Assembly (NCBI GenBank): GCA_965648935.1
Contig: CBFGIY010000004.1
Coordinates: 1 to 56,809 of the forward strand
Reading direction: 5' to 3'
DNA from: a candidate division WOR-3 bacterium
GTDB lineage: Bacteria > Hydrothermota > Tepidihabitantia > Tepidihabitantales > Tepidihabitantaceae
Length of the DNA stretch: 56,809 bases
Shown here: piece by piece, positions 26,772-34,949 of the stretch
Layout of the letters: each line of letters starts with the position of its first letter
Numbering within the stretch: the first letter of the stretch is position 1
Program-made: the position numbers and the translations under genes
Notes under the pieces: model-generated
Seen by the model: only the letters and a program-made list of their open reading frames with translations
Told to the model about the DNA's origin: nothing
Databases searched by the model: none

Positions 26772-27775
26772 GGTCGGGGCGGGGCGAAGTAGTTTGTGTG
26801 CAGCGCCTGGCGGACCAGTTCCATGGTCGCCGCGCCCTCGCGCCGGGCTGCGGCGGTGCCGGCGGCGAGTATCTCCCAGACCTTGCTCTCGTCCGTGGCC
26901 AGGGCGGCGCGGCGTTCGCGGATCGGGTCCAGCAGTTCATTCAGCACGGCCATCAGCCGCTTCTTGCAGGGCACGCAGCCGATTGTGCCGGCGCGGCAGC
27001 GCTCGGCGATGTCGTCGGACTCGCCGGCGTTGAACGCGCGGTGATAGGCGTATACGACGCAGATTTCCGGATGTCCCTTGTCGGTCGGGTGGATGCGCGC
27101 CGGGTCGGTGACCGCGCTCTGGACCTTGCGCTTGACTTCGTCGGGCGAGTCCTTGAGGTAGATGGCGTTGCCCAGGCTCTTGGACATCTTGGCGTTGCCG
27201 TCGAGCCCGACGAGGCGGGATACCTCGCTGACCATCGCCTCCGGCTCGACGAGCACCGGCGCGTACATCGCGTTGAACTTGCGCACTATCTTGCGCGTGA
27301 CCTCGATGTGGGGGAGCTGGTCTTCGCCGACCGGCACGAGATGGGCCCGGCAGAAGGTGATGTCCGCGGCCTGGCTCACCGGGTAGCCGAGGAATCCGTA
27401 GGGCATCGATTCCTCGAAGTTGTACTGGGCCGCCTCGGTCTTGATGGTGGGGTTGTGCGAGAGCTGCTGAACCGTGACGAGCAGGCCATAGATGACGGTC
27501 AGCTCCTGAATCTCCGGCACCATGGACTGGACAAACAGGGTGGCGCGTTCCGGGTCGATGCCGCAGGCGAGGTTGTCGAGCGCGACGTTGAGCACGTCGG
27601 CGCGGAGGTTCTCGGGCCGGTCGAAGTTGGTGGTCAGGGCCTGGACATCGGCGATGATGACGAACTCGTCGTAGCTGTCCTGGAGCCGGACCCGGTTGCG
27701 CACCGAGCCGACGTAGTGGCCGAGGTGCAGCGGGCCGGTCGGGCGGTCGCCGGTGAGGATTCGCTTCTTCTGCAT
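26768..27775 (-). CDS. trpS: tryptophan--tRNA ligase
   Basis: ILTGDRPTGPLHLGHYVG (HIGH) and KMSKSLGN (KMSKS). Confidence 0.95.
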   Translation of the reverse strand: MQKKRILTGDRPTGPLHLGHYVGSVRNRVRLQDSYDEFVIIADVQALTTNFDRPENLRADVLNVALDNLACGIDPERATLFVQSMVPEIQELTVIYGLLVTVQQLSHNPTIKTEAAQYNFEESMPYGFLGYPVSQAADITFCRAHLVPVGEDQLPHIEVTRKIVRKFNAMYAPVLVEPEAMVSEVSRLVGLDGNAKMSKSLGNAIYLKDSPDEVKRKVQSAVTDPARIHPTDKGHPEICVVYAYHRAFNAGESDDIAERCRAGTIGCVPCKKRLMAVLNELLDPIRERRAALATDESKVWEILAAGTAAARREGAATMELVRQALHTNYFAPPRP

Positions 27776-27782
27776 CGGGGCG

Positions 27783-27810
27783 ATTATAGAGGCGAGCTCA
27801 GGGCGGTCAA
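27783..27810 (-). promoter_or_regulatory. promoter of the trpS-ispD-dxr-rseP operon, ATG 7 nt after a consensus -10
   Basis: On the minus strand: TTGACC (27810-27805), N16, TATAAT (27788-27783), 7 nt, then ATG 27775. There is no SD. Confidence 0.65.
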
Positions 27811-27827
27811 GGATGCGGCCGCGCGGT

Positions 27828-27855
27828 TTGACGGTTCGCCTGCTCGCGATAACAT
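27828..27855 (+). promoter_or_regulatory. promoter of the M23-CARDB-Kelch gene (leadered)
   Basis: TTGACG (27828-27833), N16, TAACAT (27850-27855). GGAGGAG at 27911-27917 precedes TTG 27920. Confidence 0.45.
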
Positions 27856-27919
27856 TACTGGTTTTCGGCCTGTTTGCCGCCCCGCCCGGTTCCGGCCTGC
27901 TGACTCACTGGAGGAGAAC

Positions 27920-30900
27920 TTGAAGAAGGCTGTCCTCGGTTTGCTCTGTGCAGTCCTGCCCGCCGTTGCGTTCAACTGGCCGATCGCGCCCACGACCCAG
28001 GCGCACCCGCTGGGCAACAACTGGGGCGAGTTCCAGGACTACGGCGGCGGCGCGTACTTCCATAACGGCATCGACATCTTCCCGCTTTCGGTCGGCGCGC
28101 CGGTGTATGCCGTGGCGCACGGCTGGGTCAAGGGCTGGGGCACCATCCAGGCCAACCTGCACTACCGGCTGGCAATATCAGACTCGGCGATGGGCAATGC
28201 CAATCGCTGCACCGGCTGGCTCTATGCCCATATCGACCCGAACCGGTTCCACAAGAACGTCGGGGATGAGGTGCAGGCCGGCGAGCTCATCGGCTATCTC
28301 GTCGACTTCCCGTACAACTTCCAGCACATTCACTTCGCGCGCATCTCGGACACGGGCGCGACCTGGCAGCGATTCCCGAACTACACTTGGTGGTTCGTCC
28401 AGGACCCGTTGACCCTGCTTGCGCCCAACTCCGACACGGTCAGGCCGGTCTTCGAAGACGCGCGCTCCGGGTCACGCTTCGCCTACTGCCGCGACAACGC
28501 CTCGACCTACCTGTCGCCGGACAGCCTGTACGGCGATGTCGACATAGTCGCCCGGGTCCACGACAGGATGACGCTGTCGACCGGCAACTCGACCTGGGAC
28601 CGGCTCGCGCCTTTCATACTCGACTATCGTATCAAGGGTGACTGGGACTCGCTGCCGTGGCGGCTCGCGCTCTCGTACAAGTACGGCCTGCCGCCGCCGG
28701 GCACGCCCGAGATCAACGTGGTGTACAAGAAGGACGCGACCTGCAACACGCGGGGCGACTACAACTACCGCGAGTATTACCATGTAGTCACCAACACCGA
28801 TGGCGACTCGGTCATCGAGGCGTCGGACAGCACCGGGCGCTGGGCCACGGCCGGGTTTCACGACGGCTACTACTGGGTGTATGTGCGGGCGCTCGACGCG
28901 GCGGGCAACGCGCGGGTCGACTCCCAGCGGGTGCGCGTGGTGAACGGCAACCCGCCGCTCGAGGTCGCCTGCCTGGCCGTGACCTCGCCGCCGGCGCTGT
29001 GCGACACGGGCGATGTGATTGCGCCGGCCTGCTCGGTCGTCAACAACGGGCCGACCGCGGTGTCTTACAGCGTGCGGATGCGCATCGGGTCGGGCTACAA
29101 CGAGGTCGCGGCGGTCACGGCGCACGCGCCGGGGGAGCGGCGGCTGGTGAGCTTTCCGAACTGGACCGCGGGCGCGCGCGGGCCGACCGTTGTCCGCTGC
29201 TCAACCGAGCTCGCCGGCGACCTCGTGCCGGGCAACAACCGCCGCGTCGACACCGTCAACGTGCTGGTGCACGATGCCGCGGTCAGCGCGATTGCCGCAC
29301 CGGCCGGGGCGGTGCCGCCCGGCCCGGTCCAGCCGCGCGCGATTGTCCGCAACCGCGGCACCCAGCGCGAGCCGGTCCGGGTATGGTTTGCCATCGGCGC
29401 GGGTTACCGTGACAGCGTGTACCTCGCGGCCGGGCTGCCGCCGGCCGACACGGCGCTGACTTTCGCGCCGTGGCTGGCTGCCGCGGGCAACTGGACTGCC
29501 CGCTGTTCGGCGGCGCAGGTCGTGGACAACGTGCGCGCTAACGATACGCTTTCGGCCGGGTTCGCGGTTCACGCGGTTGATGTTGCGGTCGAGGCGATAG
29601 TATCGCCGGCCGACACGGTTGATTCGGTCGGCCTGGTCACGCCGATGGCGCGCCTGCGCAACAACGGCGCGCAGCCGGCCGACTTCACCGCGTGGTTCGA
29701 GATTGCCGGGCCGGGCACGGCTTTTCGGGAGTCGGTTTCCGTTTCGGGGCTCGGGTCGGGCGAGACCCTGACCGTCTGGGTCGGGGTCTGGCCGGAGCCG
29801 CGCCGGTCCGGCTGGCACGCGGCCCGGTGCTCGGTCGCGCTTGCCTTCGACGGCAACCCGGCAAACGACACGCTGGGCAAGCCTTTCCTCGTGGTCGGTT
29901 CGCATCTGCCGCCGCGGCCGGGCTGGGTCGAGATGCCCAACGTGCCCTATTTTCCTTCCGGCCGCGCGGTCAGAGAAGGCGCGTGGGTCGCATTCGATGC
30001 CCGGACCGGGCTGTTTGTCGTGGCCAAGGGCGGCAGGTCGGCCGACTGCTACGGGTTCCGGCCGGTGCTCGATGTTTTCGAATCGCTGCCCGGCTGGCCG
30101 GCCGGCATCGAGGGCAGGCTGCCGTACAGGGGCGCGGCCGCGTGCGCCGACGGCGCGGGCCGGGTGTACGCGACCAAGGGCAACAAGACGCGGGGTTTCT
30201 GGCGCTGCGACGTAGAAGGCGGCCGCTGGGAGCAGCTGGCCGATGTTCCGGCCGGGCCGGGCAACACCACGGTCAAGGCCGGGGCTGACCTTGCCTACGT
30301 CGCGGGGCCGGACTCGGACTATGTTTACCTCCTGAAGGGACAGCGCGGCGAGTTCTGGCGCTACAATGTCGGCTCGGGCGAGTGGCAACGGCTGCCCGAC
30401 GCCCCGGCTGGAGCAAGGCCCAAGTGGGACAGGGGGTCATGGTTGGTCTATTCGGACGACCGCGCGCCGGAGAGTGCGGTGCGCGGAACACAGTCCGCAG
30501 AGCGAGCCGACGGTGCGGCTTCGGGCGTCGCGCGCGGCGGGTCCGGCGTGACGCGCAGGGCCGGCGGCAGGCTCTACGCTCACAAGGCCAGGCTGCACGA
30601 GCTGCACGTTTTCGATGTCGCTTCGGGCGAGTGGCAGCAGCCGCTCGCCGGGATGCCGCTTCTCTGCGGCCAGACCGGCAAGAGCAAGAAGTCCAAGGAC
30701 GGCGGCTCTGCCGCGATGCTCGACGGCCGCATCTGGGCGCTGAAGGGCGGTAACACGCAGGACTTCTACAGCTTTGACCCGGCGACTCAGGCGTGGGCCG
30801 AACAGGACACGATGCCCGCGTTCGGCTCGTCGCTCAAACGCAAACGAGTCAAGGCCGGGGCCGACATCGCGGCCGACGGATGGGCCCTGTACGCGCTCAA

Positions 30901-31261
30901 AGGCAACAAGACCGTTGAGTTCTGGCGCTACGCGCCGCCGGGCCCGCTGTCTATGGCTGACAGGTCGGGTACGGAGCGTGTTGCCGCGCGGCGGGAAGCG
31001 CGGGGCGCGACATTCGCGGTCCGTGTCGAGCCGAACCCGGCCGCAGGGCGCTTTTTCGTCAGCCTGGCCAGCGATCCCGCGCCCGGCCGCGGTACGTTGC
31101 TCATGTCGCTGCACGACGTTGCGGGCCGTCGGGTTCGCCAAGCGCTGTGCGTACCGGGCAGCACGGTCGCATTTGATATCGGCAGTCTTCCGGCCGGGGT
31201 TTACTACCTGCACGTGCCGGCCGCAGCGGGCGGCGCGGTCCGCGTCGCGCTCGTGCGCTGA
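27920..31261 (+). CDS. large secreted protein: M23/LytM-like peptidase domain, CARDB-like repeats, Kelch-like beta-propeller repeats, FlgD-Ig/T9SS-type sorting domain
   Basis: The signal is LGLLCAVLPAVA. FHNGIDI (HxxxD) and FQHIHF (HxH) are M23 metal ligands. Several modules end in N..(R)(A)NDT. Five repeats match LKG(N)xTxEFWRY/..G.W..L. The C-terminus is VEPNPAAGRFFVSL...LHDVAGRRV...LPAGVYYLHV. The track ORF (from 26630) runs antisense through trpS, so I trimmed it to TTG 27920. Confidence 0.7.
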   Translation: MKKAVLGLLCAVLPAVAFNWPIAPTTQAHPLGNNWGEFQDYGGGAYFHNGIDIFPLSVGAPVYAVAHGWVKGWGTIQANLHYRLAISDSAMGNANRCTGWLYAHIDPNRFHKNVGDEVQAGELIGYLVDFPYNFQHIHFARISDTGATWQRFPNYTWWFVQDPLTLLAPNSDTVRPVFEDARSGSRFAYCRDNASTYLSPDSLYGDVDIVARVHDRMTLSTGNSTWDRLAPFILDYRIKGDWDSLPWRLALSYKYGLPPPGTPEINVVYKKDATCNTRGDYNYREYYHVVTNTDGDSVIEASDSTGRWATAGFHDGYYWVYVRALDAAGNARVDSQRVRVVNGNPPLEVACLAVTSPPALCDTGDVIAPACSVVNNGPTAVSYSVRMRIGSGYNEVAAVTAHAPGERRLVSFPNWTAGARGPTVVRCSTELAGDLVPGNNRRVDTVNVLVHDAAVSAIAAPAGAVPPGPVQPRAIVRNRGTQREPVRVWFAIGAGYRDSVYLAAGLPPADTALTFAPWLAAAGNWTARCSAAQVVDNVRANDTLSAGFAVHAVDVAVEAIVSPADTVDSVGLVTPMARLRNNGAQPADFTAWFEIAGPGTAFRESVSVSGLGSGETLTVWVGVWPEPRRSGWHAARCSVALAFDGNPANDTLGKPFLVVGSHLPPRPGWVEMPNVPYFPSGRAVREGAWVAFDARTGLFVVAKGGRSADCYGFRPVLDVFESLPGWPAGIEGRLPYRGAAACADGAGRVYATKGNKTRGFWRCDVEGGRWEQLADVPAGPGNTTVKAGADLAYVAGPDSDYVYLLKGQRGEFWRYNVGSGEWQRLPDAPAGARPKWDRGSWLVYSDDRAPESAVRGTQSAERADGAASGVARGGSGVTRRAGGRLYAHKARLHELHVFDVASGEWQQPLAGMPLLCGQTGKSKKSKDGGSAAMLDGRIWALKGGNTQDFYSFDPATQAWAEQDTMPAFGSSLKRKRVKAGADIAADGWALYALKGNKTVEFWRYAPPGPLSMADRSGTERVAARREARGATFAVRVEPNPAAGRFFVSLASDPAPGRGTLLMSLHDVAGRRVRQALCVPGSTVAFDIGSLPAGVYYLHVPAAAGGAVRVALVR

Positions 31262-31289
31262 CAGTAGAGCCAGTTGCCGCTGAAGGCAG

Positions 31290-31319
31290 GCGCGGGGCGG
31301 GAGTGAACCCGCCCCGCGC
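31290..31319. terminator. bidirectional terminator-like hairpin between convergent genes
   Basis: A perfect 12-bp stem gcgcggggcggg / cccgccccgcgc with loop agtgaa, followed by tgttgcggtt. Confidence 0.55.
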
Positions 31320-31335
31320 TGTTGCGGTTCGGCCG

Positions 31336-31704
31336 CTAGGATGGCGCAGGGATGTCGAAGACGTTGCTGCGGATGGCGGCGAGCACCTCGGGCCGCAGCC
31401 CGCGCGCCGACCACTTGTTCAAGAGGACCTGGGCCGCGAGCGCGAAACTGGGACCGGAGATGTGCCGGCCGCGCGTGAGCCGGTAGAGCTGGCGCGCGAA
31501 GTCGAGGTACGGCACGTACAGCGCCGTGTGGACCTCGGCCGCGTTGAGGACCTGCCGAACCTGCTCTTCCATTGCAACAAGTTCAACCGTCGCCGCTTCG
31601 TAGCGCCGGGCCATGTCGTCGTATATGCGCTCCAGCGTTTCGGCGGTCCGGGCCGGCGTGAACTTGCTCTTCCAGCGGTCGATGCGTCGGGTTACGTCAG
31701 CCAT
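31336..31704 (-). CDS. hypothetical protein (no family recognised)
   Basis: 122 aa with coding-like GC3-rich codon usage. AAAGGAG lies 7 nt before the ATG. It is alpha-helical in character with no TM segment or signal peptide. Confidence 0.5.
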   Translation of the reverse strand: MADVTRRIDRWKSKFTPARTAETLERIYDDMARRYEAATVELVAMEEQVRQVLNAAEVHTALYVPYLDFARQLYRLTRGRHISGPSFALAAQVLLNKWSARGLRPEVLAAIRSNVFDIPAPS

Positions 31705-32311
31705 TGCTCTGCTCCTTTGGTCAGTACTTGGCGGTCATTTGCGGCAACCGGGCCGATGCCCGTTGCCTTCTTGCTGAGTATTAGATGCAGTTCGCGGCGG
31801 AATTCGGACAGGAAACGTTGATGGCGATTCGCGTACAGCAAGCCGTGAGCTACAGGGGCATGGCCGGACGGTGACCTGTGAGTGAGTCTGGAGTCGGGCA
31901 GGCGCGCGGTTCGGCTGGCCGAGGAGCGCGGGGGGAGTGACCCGGGTGATCGTCGGCGGCCCGGACAGGCGCGTGAGGGCGGCTGCGATCGTGCCGGCGA
32001 GCGCGCCGTGGAGCGGGACATCGGCAGTCTCGATGGACGTCCGGCCGGGTGCGCCGGCGGGTGGGCAGCACAAGCCGGGCGCCTGCCGCGCCCCGGGCCG
32101 AGCGAGCAACCCTGTGCCTGCGCGACCGGCTGCCGGTCACCAGATGACCGGCATCACGCGCGAGGCTTGTCTGCACACAAGCCAGGGGCCGGACCGGCCG
32201 ACGTGCGCCTCGACTGCTCTGACCCTGATAAGCTGAAGGCGTCCCGAGATGCGTGGTAAGTAATTGTATTAAACTAGCTTGCGCGCCGAACCTCCAGCGG
32301 GACGGGGTGGG

Positions 32312-32346
32312 TGTTGCCGGATGCCGGCCAACGCTGTTGCCGGATG
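32312..32346 (+). repeat. 12-nt direct repeat tgttgccggatg x2 (period 23 nt) upstream of the rpsM promoter
   Basis: Copies at 32312-32323 and 32335-32346, ending 24 nt before the -35 hexamer. Confidence 0.6.
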
Positions 32347-32369
32347 TTCGAGCGGGTCTGGTTTCCGGC

Positions 32370-32397
32370 TTGACATTCCGCGCAAATCGGCTATAAA
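32370..32397 (+). promoter_or_regulatory. sigma70-type promoter of the alpha ribosomal operon
   Basis: TTGACA (32370-32375), N16, TATAAA (32392-32397). The surrounding patch is locally AT-rich in a GC-rich genome. Confidence 0.65.
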
Positions 32398-32403
32398 TTA
32401 CCA

Positions 32404-32462
32404 CTTAGGCAATCTGTCAGAGGATAATCCTTATTCGAGTAAGGCAGTAACCAGGAGGATTA
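32404..32462 (+). promoter_or_regulatory. rpsM 5' leader with an SD/start-sequestering helix
   Basis: TAATCCT (32425-32431) is complementary to AGGATTA (32456-32462). That segment covers the 3' half of the SD AGGAGG (32453-32458) and abuts GTG 32463. A competing hairpin CCTTA-ttcgag-TAAGG (32429-32444) shares nt 32429-32431. Confidence 0.4.
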
Positions 32463-32870
32463 GTGGCTCGTATTGCGGGTATTGATTTGCCCGACAAGAA
32501 GAAGATTCTGTATGCCCTGCCGCATATATACGGCATCGGGCCGTACTCGGCGCGCCGCATTCTTGCGGCCGCCAACATCGACCCCAACCGCCGCGTGGCG
32601 GAGTTGAGCGACGACGAGGTCGCCAGCATCCGCAAGGAGATCGAGAGCAACTACAAGGTCGAGGGCGAGTTGCGGGCTGCCGTGTCGGGCAATATCAAGC
32701 ACTACATCGAGATCAATTCTTACCGCGGGCTGCGGCACCGGGCGCGCCTGCCCGTGCGCGGGCAGCGGACGCGCACCAACGCCCGCACCCGCAAAGGGCC
32801 GCGCAGGACCTCGGGCGTGCTCAAGGTGAAGGCTTCGGCCGCGCCGGCCGCCGCAGGAGCGAAGAAGTAA
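32463..32870 (+). CDS. rpsM: 30S ribosomal protein S13
   Basis: (M)ARIAGIDLPDKKKILYALPHIYGIG...SYRGLRHRARLPVRGQRTRTNARTRKG, with GTG start. Confidence 0.96.
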   Translation: MARIAGIDLPDKKKILYALPHIYGIGPYSARRILAAANIDPNRRVAELSDDEVASIRKEIESNYKVEGELRAAVSGNIKHYIEINSYRGLRHRARLPVRGQRTRTNARTRKGPRRTSGVLKVKASAAPAAAGAKK

Positions 32871-33245
32871 ATGGCACGCAAGTCAACGCGCAAGAAGGCG
32901 GCGCTGCAGTGCGTCGCGCACATCGTCACGTCGTTCAATAACACAATGGTTACCATTGCCGACCCGACCGGCGCGGTCGTGTCCTGGTCGTCGTCGGGAC
33001 GGGTCGGTTTCAAGGGTTCAAAGAAGGGCACGCCGTTCGCCGCCGGGCAGTGCGCCGAGGCCGCGGCCAAGGAGGCCAGCGCCCTGGGCGTGCGCAAGCT
33101 CGAGGTGCGGGTCAGCGGGCCCGGCCCGGGCCGCGAGGCGGCGATCCGTTCGCTGCAGAACGCCGGCCTTGATATCACTTCAATCCGGGACGTGACACCG
33201 ATTCCGCACAACGGCTGCCGGCCGCCGAAGCAGCGGCGCGTGTAG
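32871..33245 (+). CDS. rpsK: 30S ribosomal protein S11
   Basis: [40 protein letters not shown]...[18 protein letters not shown]. Confidence 0.96.
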   Translation: MARKSTRKKAALQCVAHIVTSFNNTMVTIADPTGAVVSWSSSGRVGFKGSKKGTPFAAGQCAEAAAKEASALGVRKLEVRVSGPGPGREAAIRSLQNAGLDITSIRDVTPIPHNGCRPPKQRRV

Positions 33246-33297
33246 CGGGTGGACGAGTCCAGCGCCCGGATGGCTGTTACGACTAACAGGACATAAG

Positions 33298-33918
33298 ATG
33301 GCAAGAGCAATCGAACCGAAGTGCAAGCGGTGCCGCAAGGCGCGGGAGAAGCTGTTCCTGCGCGGCGACAAGTGCCTGTCGGACAAGTGCGTGCTGACCA
33401 AGCGGGGACAGGAGCCGGAGAAGATGACGCGCCGCCGGCGCAGTCCTTCACCCTACGCGGTGCAGCTGCGCGAAAAGCAGGTGCTCAAGCGCGTCTACGG
33501 CATTCTTGAGACCCAGTTCCACAACTACTTCCTGAAGGCGGCCAAGACGCGCAACACCGCGGCCAGCCTGATCATATTCCTCGAACAGCGGCTGGACAAC
33601 GTCGTGTTCCGGCTCGGTCTGGCGACCTCGCGGTCGCAGGCCCGCCAGTTCGTCCGGCATGGCCACATCACCGTCGACGGCCGGCGCATCACCATCCCGT
33701 CGTATCAGGTGCGGGCCGGGCAGACCATCGGCGTCAACGGCGAGGCCAGCAGCAAGATGGTGACGCCGCTGGTCGCGGGCCGCGAGCCGGCGATCATGAG
33801 CTGGCTGAGCATGAACCCGCAGACGCTGACCGGCACCGTGCTTCGCGCACCCGGGCCGGAAGATGTCAAGTCTATCCCCTGCAACACGCAGTTGATCGTG
33901 GAGCTGTACTCGAAATGA
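33298..33918 (+). CDS. rpsD: 30S ribosomal protein S4
   Basis: [20 protein letters not shown]...[16 protein letters not shown]...[31 protein letters not shown]. Confidence 0.96.
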   Translation: MARAIEPKCKRCRKAREKLFLRGDKCLSDKCVLTKRGQEPEKMTRRRRSPSPYAVQLREKQVLKRVYGILETQFHNYFLKAAKTRNTAASLIIFLEQRLDNVVFRLGLATSRSQARQFVRHGHITVDGRRITIPSYQVRAGQTIGVNGEASSKMVTPLVAGREPAIMSWLSMNPQTLTGTVLRAPGPEDVKSIPCNTQLIVELYSK

Positions 33919-34946
33919 AGCTCAAGCCATTTGTCATACCGGAGAAGCTCGAGGTCGACAGCGAGTCGGCCAGCGACAGCTACGCCCGCTTCACCATCGC
34001 GCCGCTGGAGAAGGGCTGGGGCCAGACCATGGGCACATCGCTGCGCCGGGCGTTGCTGTCGTCGGTGCAGGGGGCCGCGGTCACGGAACTGCGCATCGAC
34101 GGCGTGGCGCACGAGTTTCAGACCATCGACGATGTGGTCGAGGACGTCTCCGAGATAGTCCTCAACCTCAAGAAGCTGCGCCTGCGGCTCTGGTCGGAGA
34201 CGCCCAAGGTCTGCCACCTGCACGCCTCGGGCAAGCGCCAGTTCTCGGGCAAGGACCTGACTGTCCCGCCCGAGGTCGTCATCGCCAACCCGGAGCAGCC
34301 GATACTGACCATTTCGGACAGCAAGCGCTCGGTGAACCTGGAGATGCTCGTCGAGAACGGCCGCGGTTATGTCAAGGCCGAGCGGCTGAAGAAGAATCGC
34401 ACCGCGCCCGAGACGACGGTCTTTCTCGATGCCTTCTTCTCGCCGGTCAAGCGCGTGAACTTCTGGGTCGAGAGCATGCGCGTCCTGGACCGGACCGATT
34501 TCGAGCGGCTGGTGCTGGAGGTCTGGACCGACGGCACCGTGCGGCCGGACGAGGCGATGATCCAGTCCGCGACCATCCTCAAGAACCACATGGCCGTGCT
34601 CGTGCCGGCCGAGAAGGAGCCCGAGTTCATCGAGGAGGAGAAGCTCTACCGCGACCGCGACAAGCTGGTCGAGCTGCTGGCGATGGACATCGAGGAGCTC
34701 GAGCTGTCCAACCGTGCGTTGAACTGCCTGAAGAAGGGCCGGTCGAAGCGCACCGGCGAGCGGATTTCCATCACCAACATCGCCGACCTTGTCCAGCGCA
34801 CCGAGAAGGACATGCTCGACATCGAGAACTTCGGCCGCAAGTCGCTCGAGGAACTCAAGAAGGTGCTCGAGGACGTCGGCCTGTCGCTGGGCATGGACAT
34901 CAGCGGGCTGCCGATAATCGAGCCCGAACCCGAAGACAAGGAGTAG
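33915..34946 (+). CDS. rpoA: DNA-directed RNA polymerase subunit alpha
   Basis: [31 protein letters not shown]... plus the C-terminal domain [13 protein letters not shown]...I.DLV.....[15 protein letters not shown]. Confidence 0.96.
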   Translation: MKLKPFVIPEKLEVDSESASDSYARFTIAPLEKGWGQTMGTSLRRALLSSVQGAAVTELRIDGVAHEFQTIDDVVEDVSEIVLNLKKLRLRLWSETPKVCHLHASGKRQFSGKDLTVPPEVVIANPEQPILTISDSKRSVNLEMLVENGRGYVKAERLKKNRTAPETTVFLDAFFSPVKRVNFWVESMRVLDRTDFERLVLEVWTDGTVRPDEAMIQSATILKNHMAVLVPAEKEPEFIEEEKLYRDRDKLVELLAMDIEELELSNRALNCLKKGRSKRTGERISITNIADLVQRTEKDMLDIENFGRKSLEELKKVLEDVGLSLGMDISGLPIIEPEPEDKE

Positions 34947-34949
34947 ACT

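Noticed and set aside
26630-27919. N-terminal 430 aa of the 1543-aa ORF 26630-31261
   Set aside because: This part runs antisense through ispD and trpS and has no protein-like features. A promoter, an SD and a signal peptide define the real start at 27920.
31705-32369. Possible RNase P RNA, tmRNA, SRP RNA, cobalamin or TPP riboswitch in the long gap
   Set aside because: I scanned both strands by eye for GAGGAAAGUCC / ACAGAAxxCGGCUUA, the tRNA-like GGUUCGAxUCC...CCACCA end, the SRP GGAAG-type loop context, the B12 box and CUGAGA...ACCUGA. None is present. The weak similarity to a TPP element at 32215-32250 lacks the CUGAGA half.
31850-32404. 184-aa minus-strand ORF, with overlapping plus-strand ORFs 31882-32259 and 31937-32236
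   Set aside because: The translations are dominated by R/P/A/G runs, with no start context and mutual overlap. They look like non-coding GC-rich DNA.
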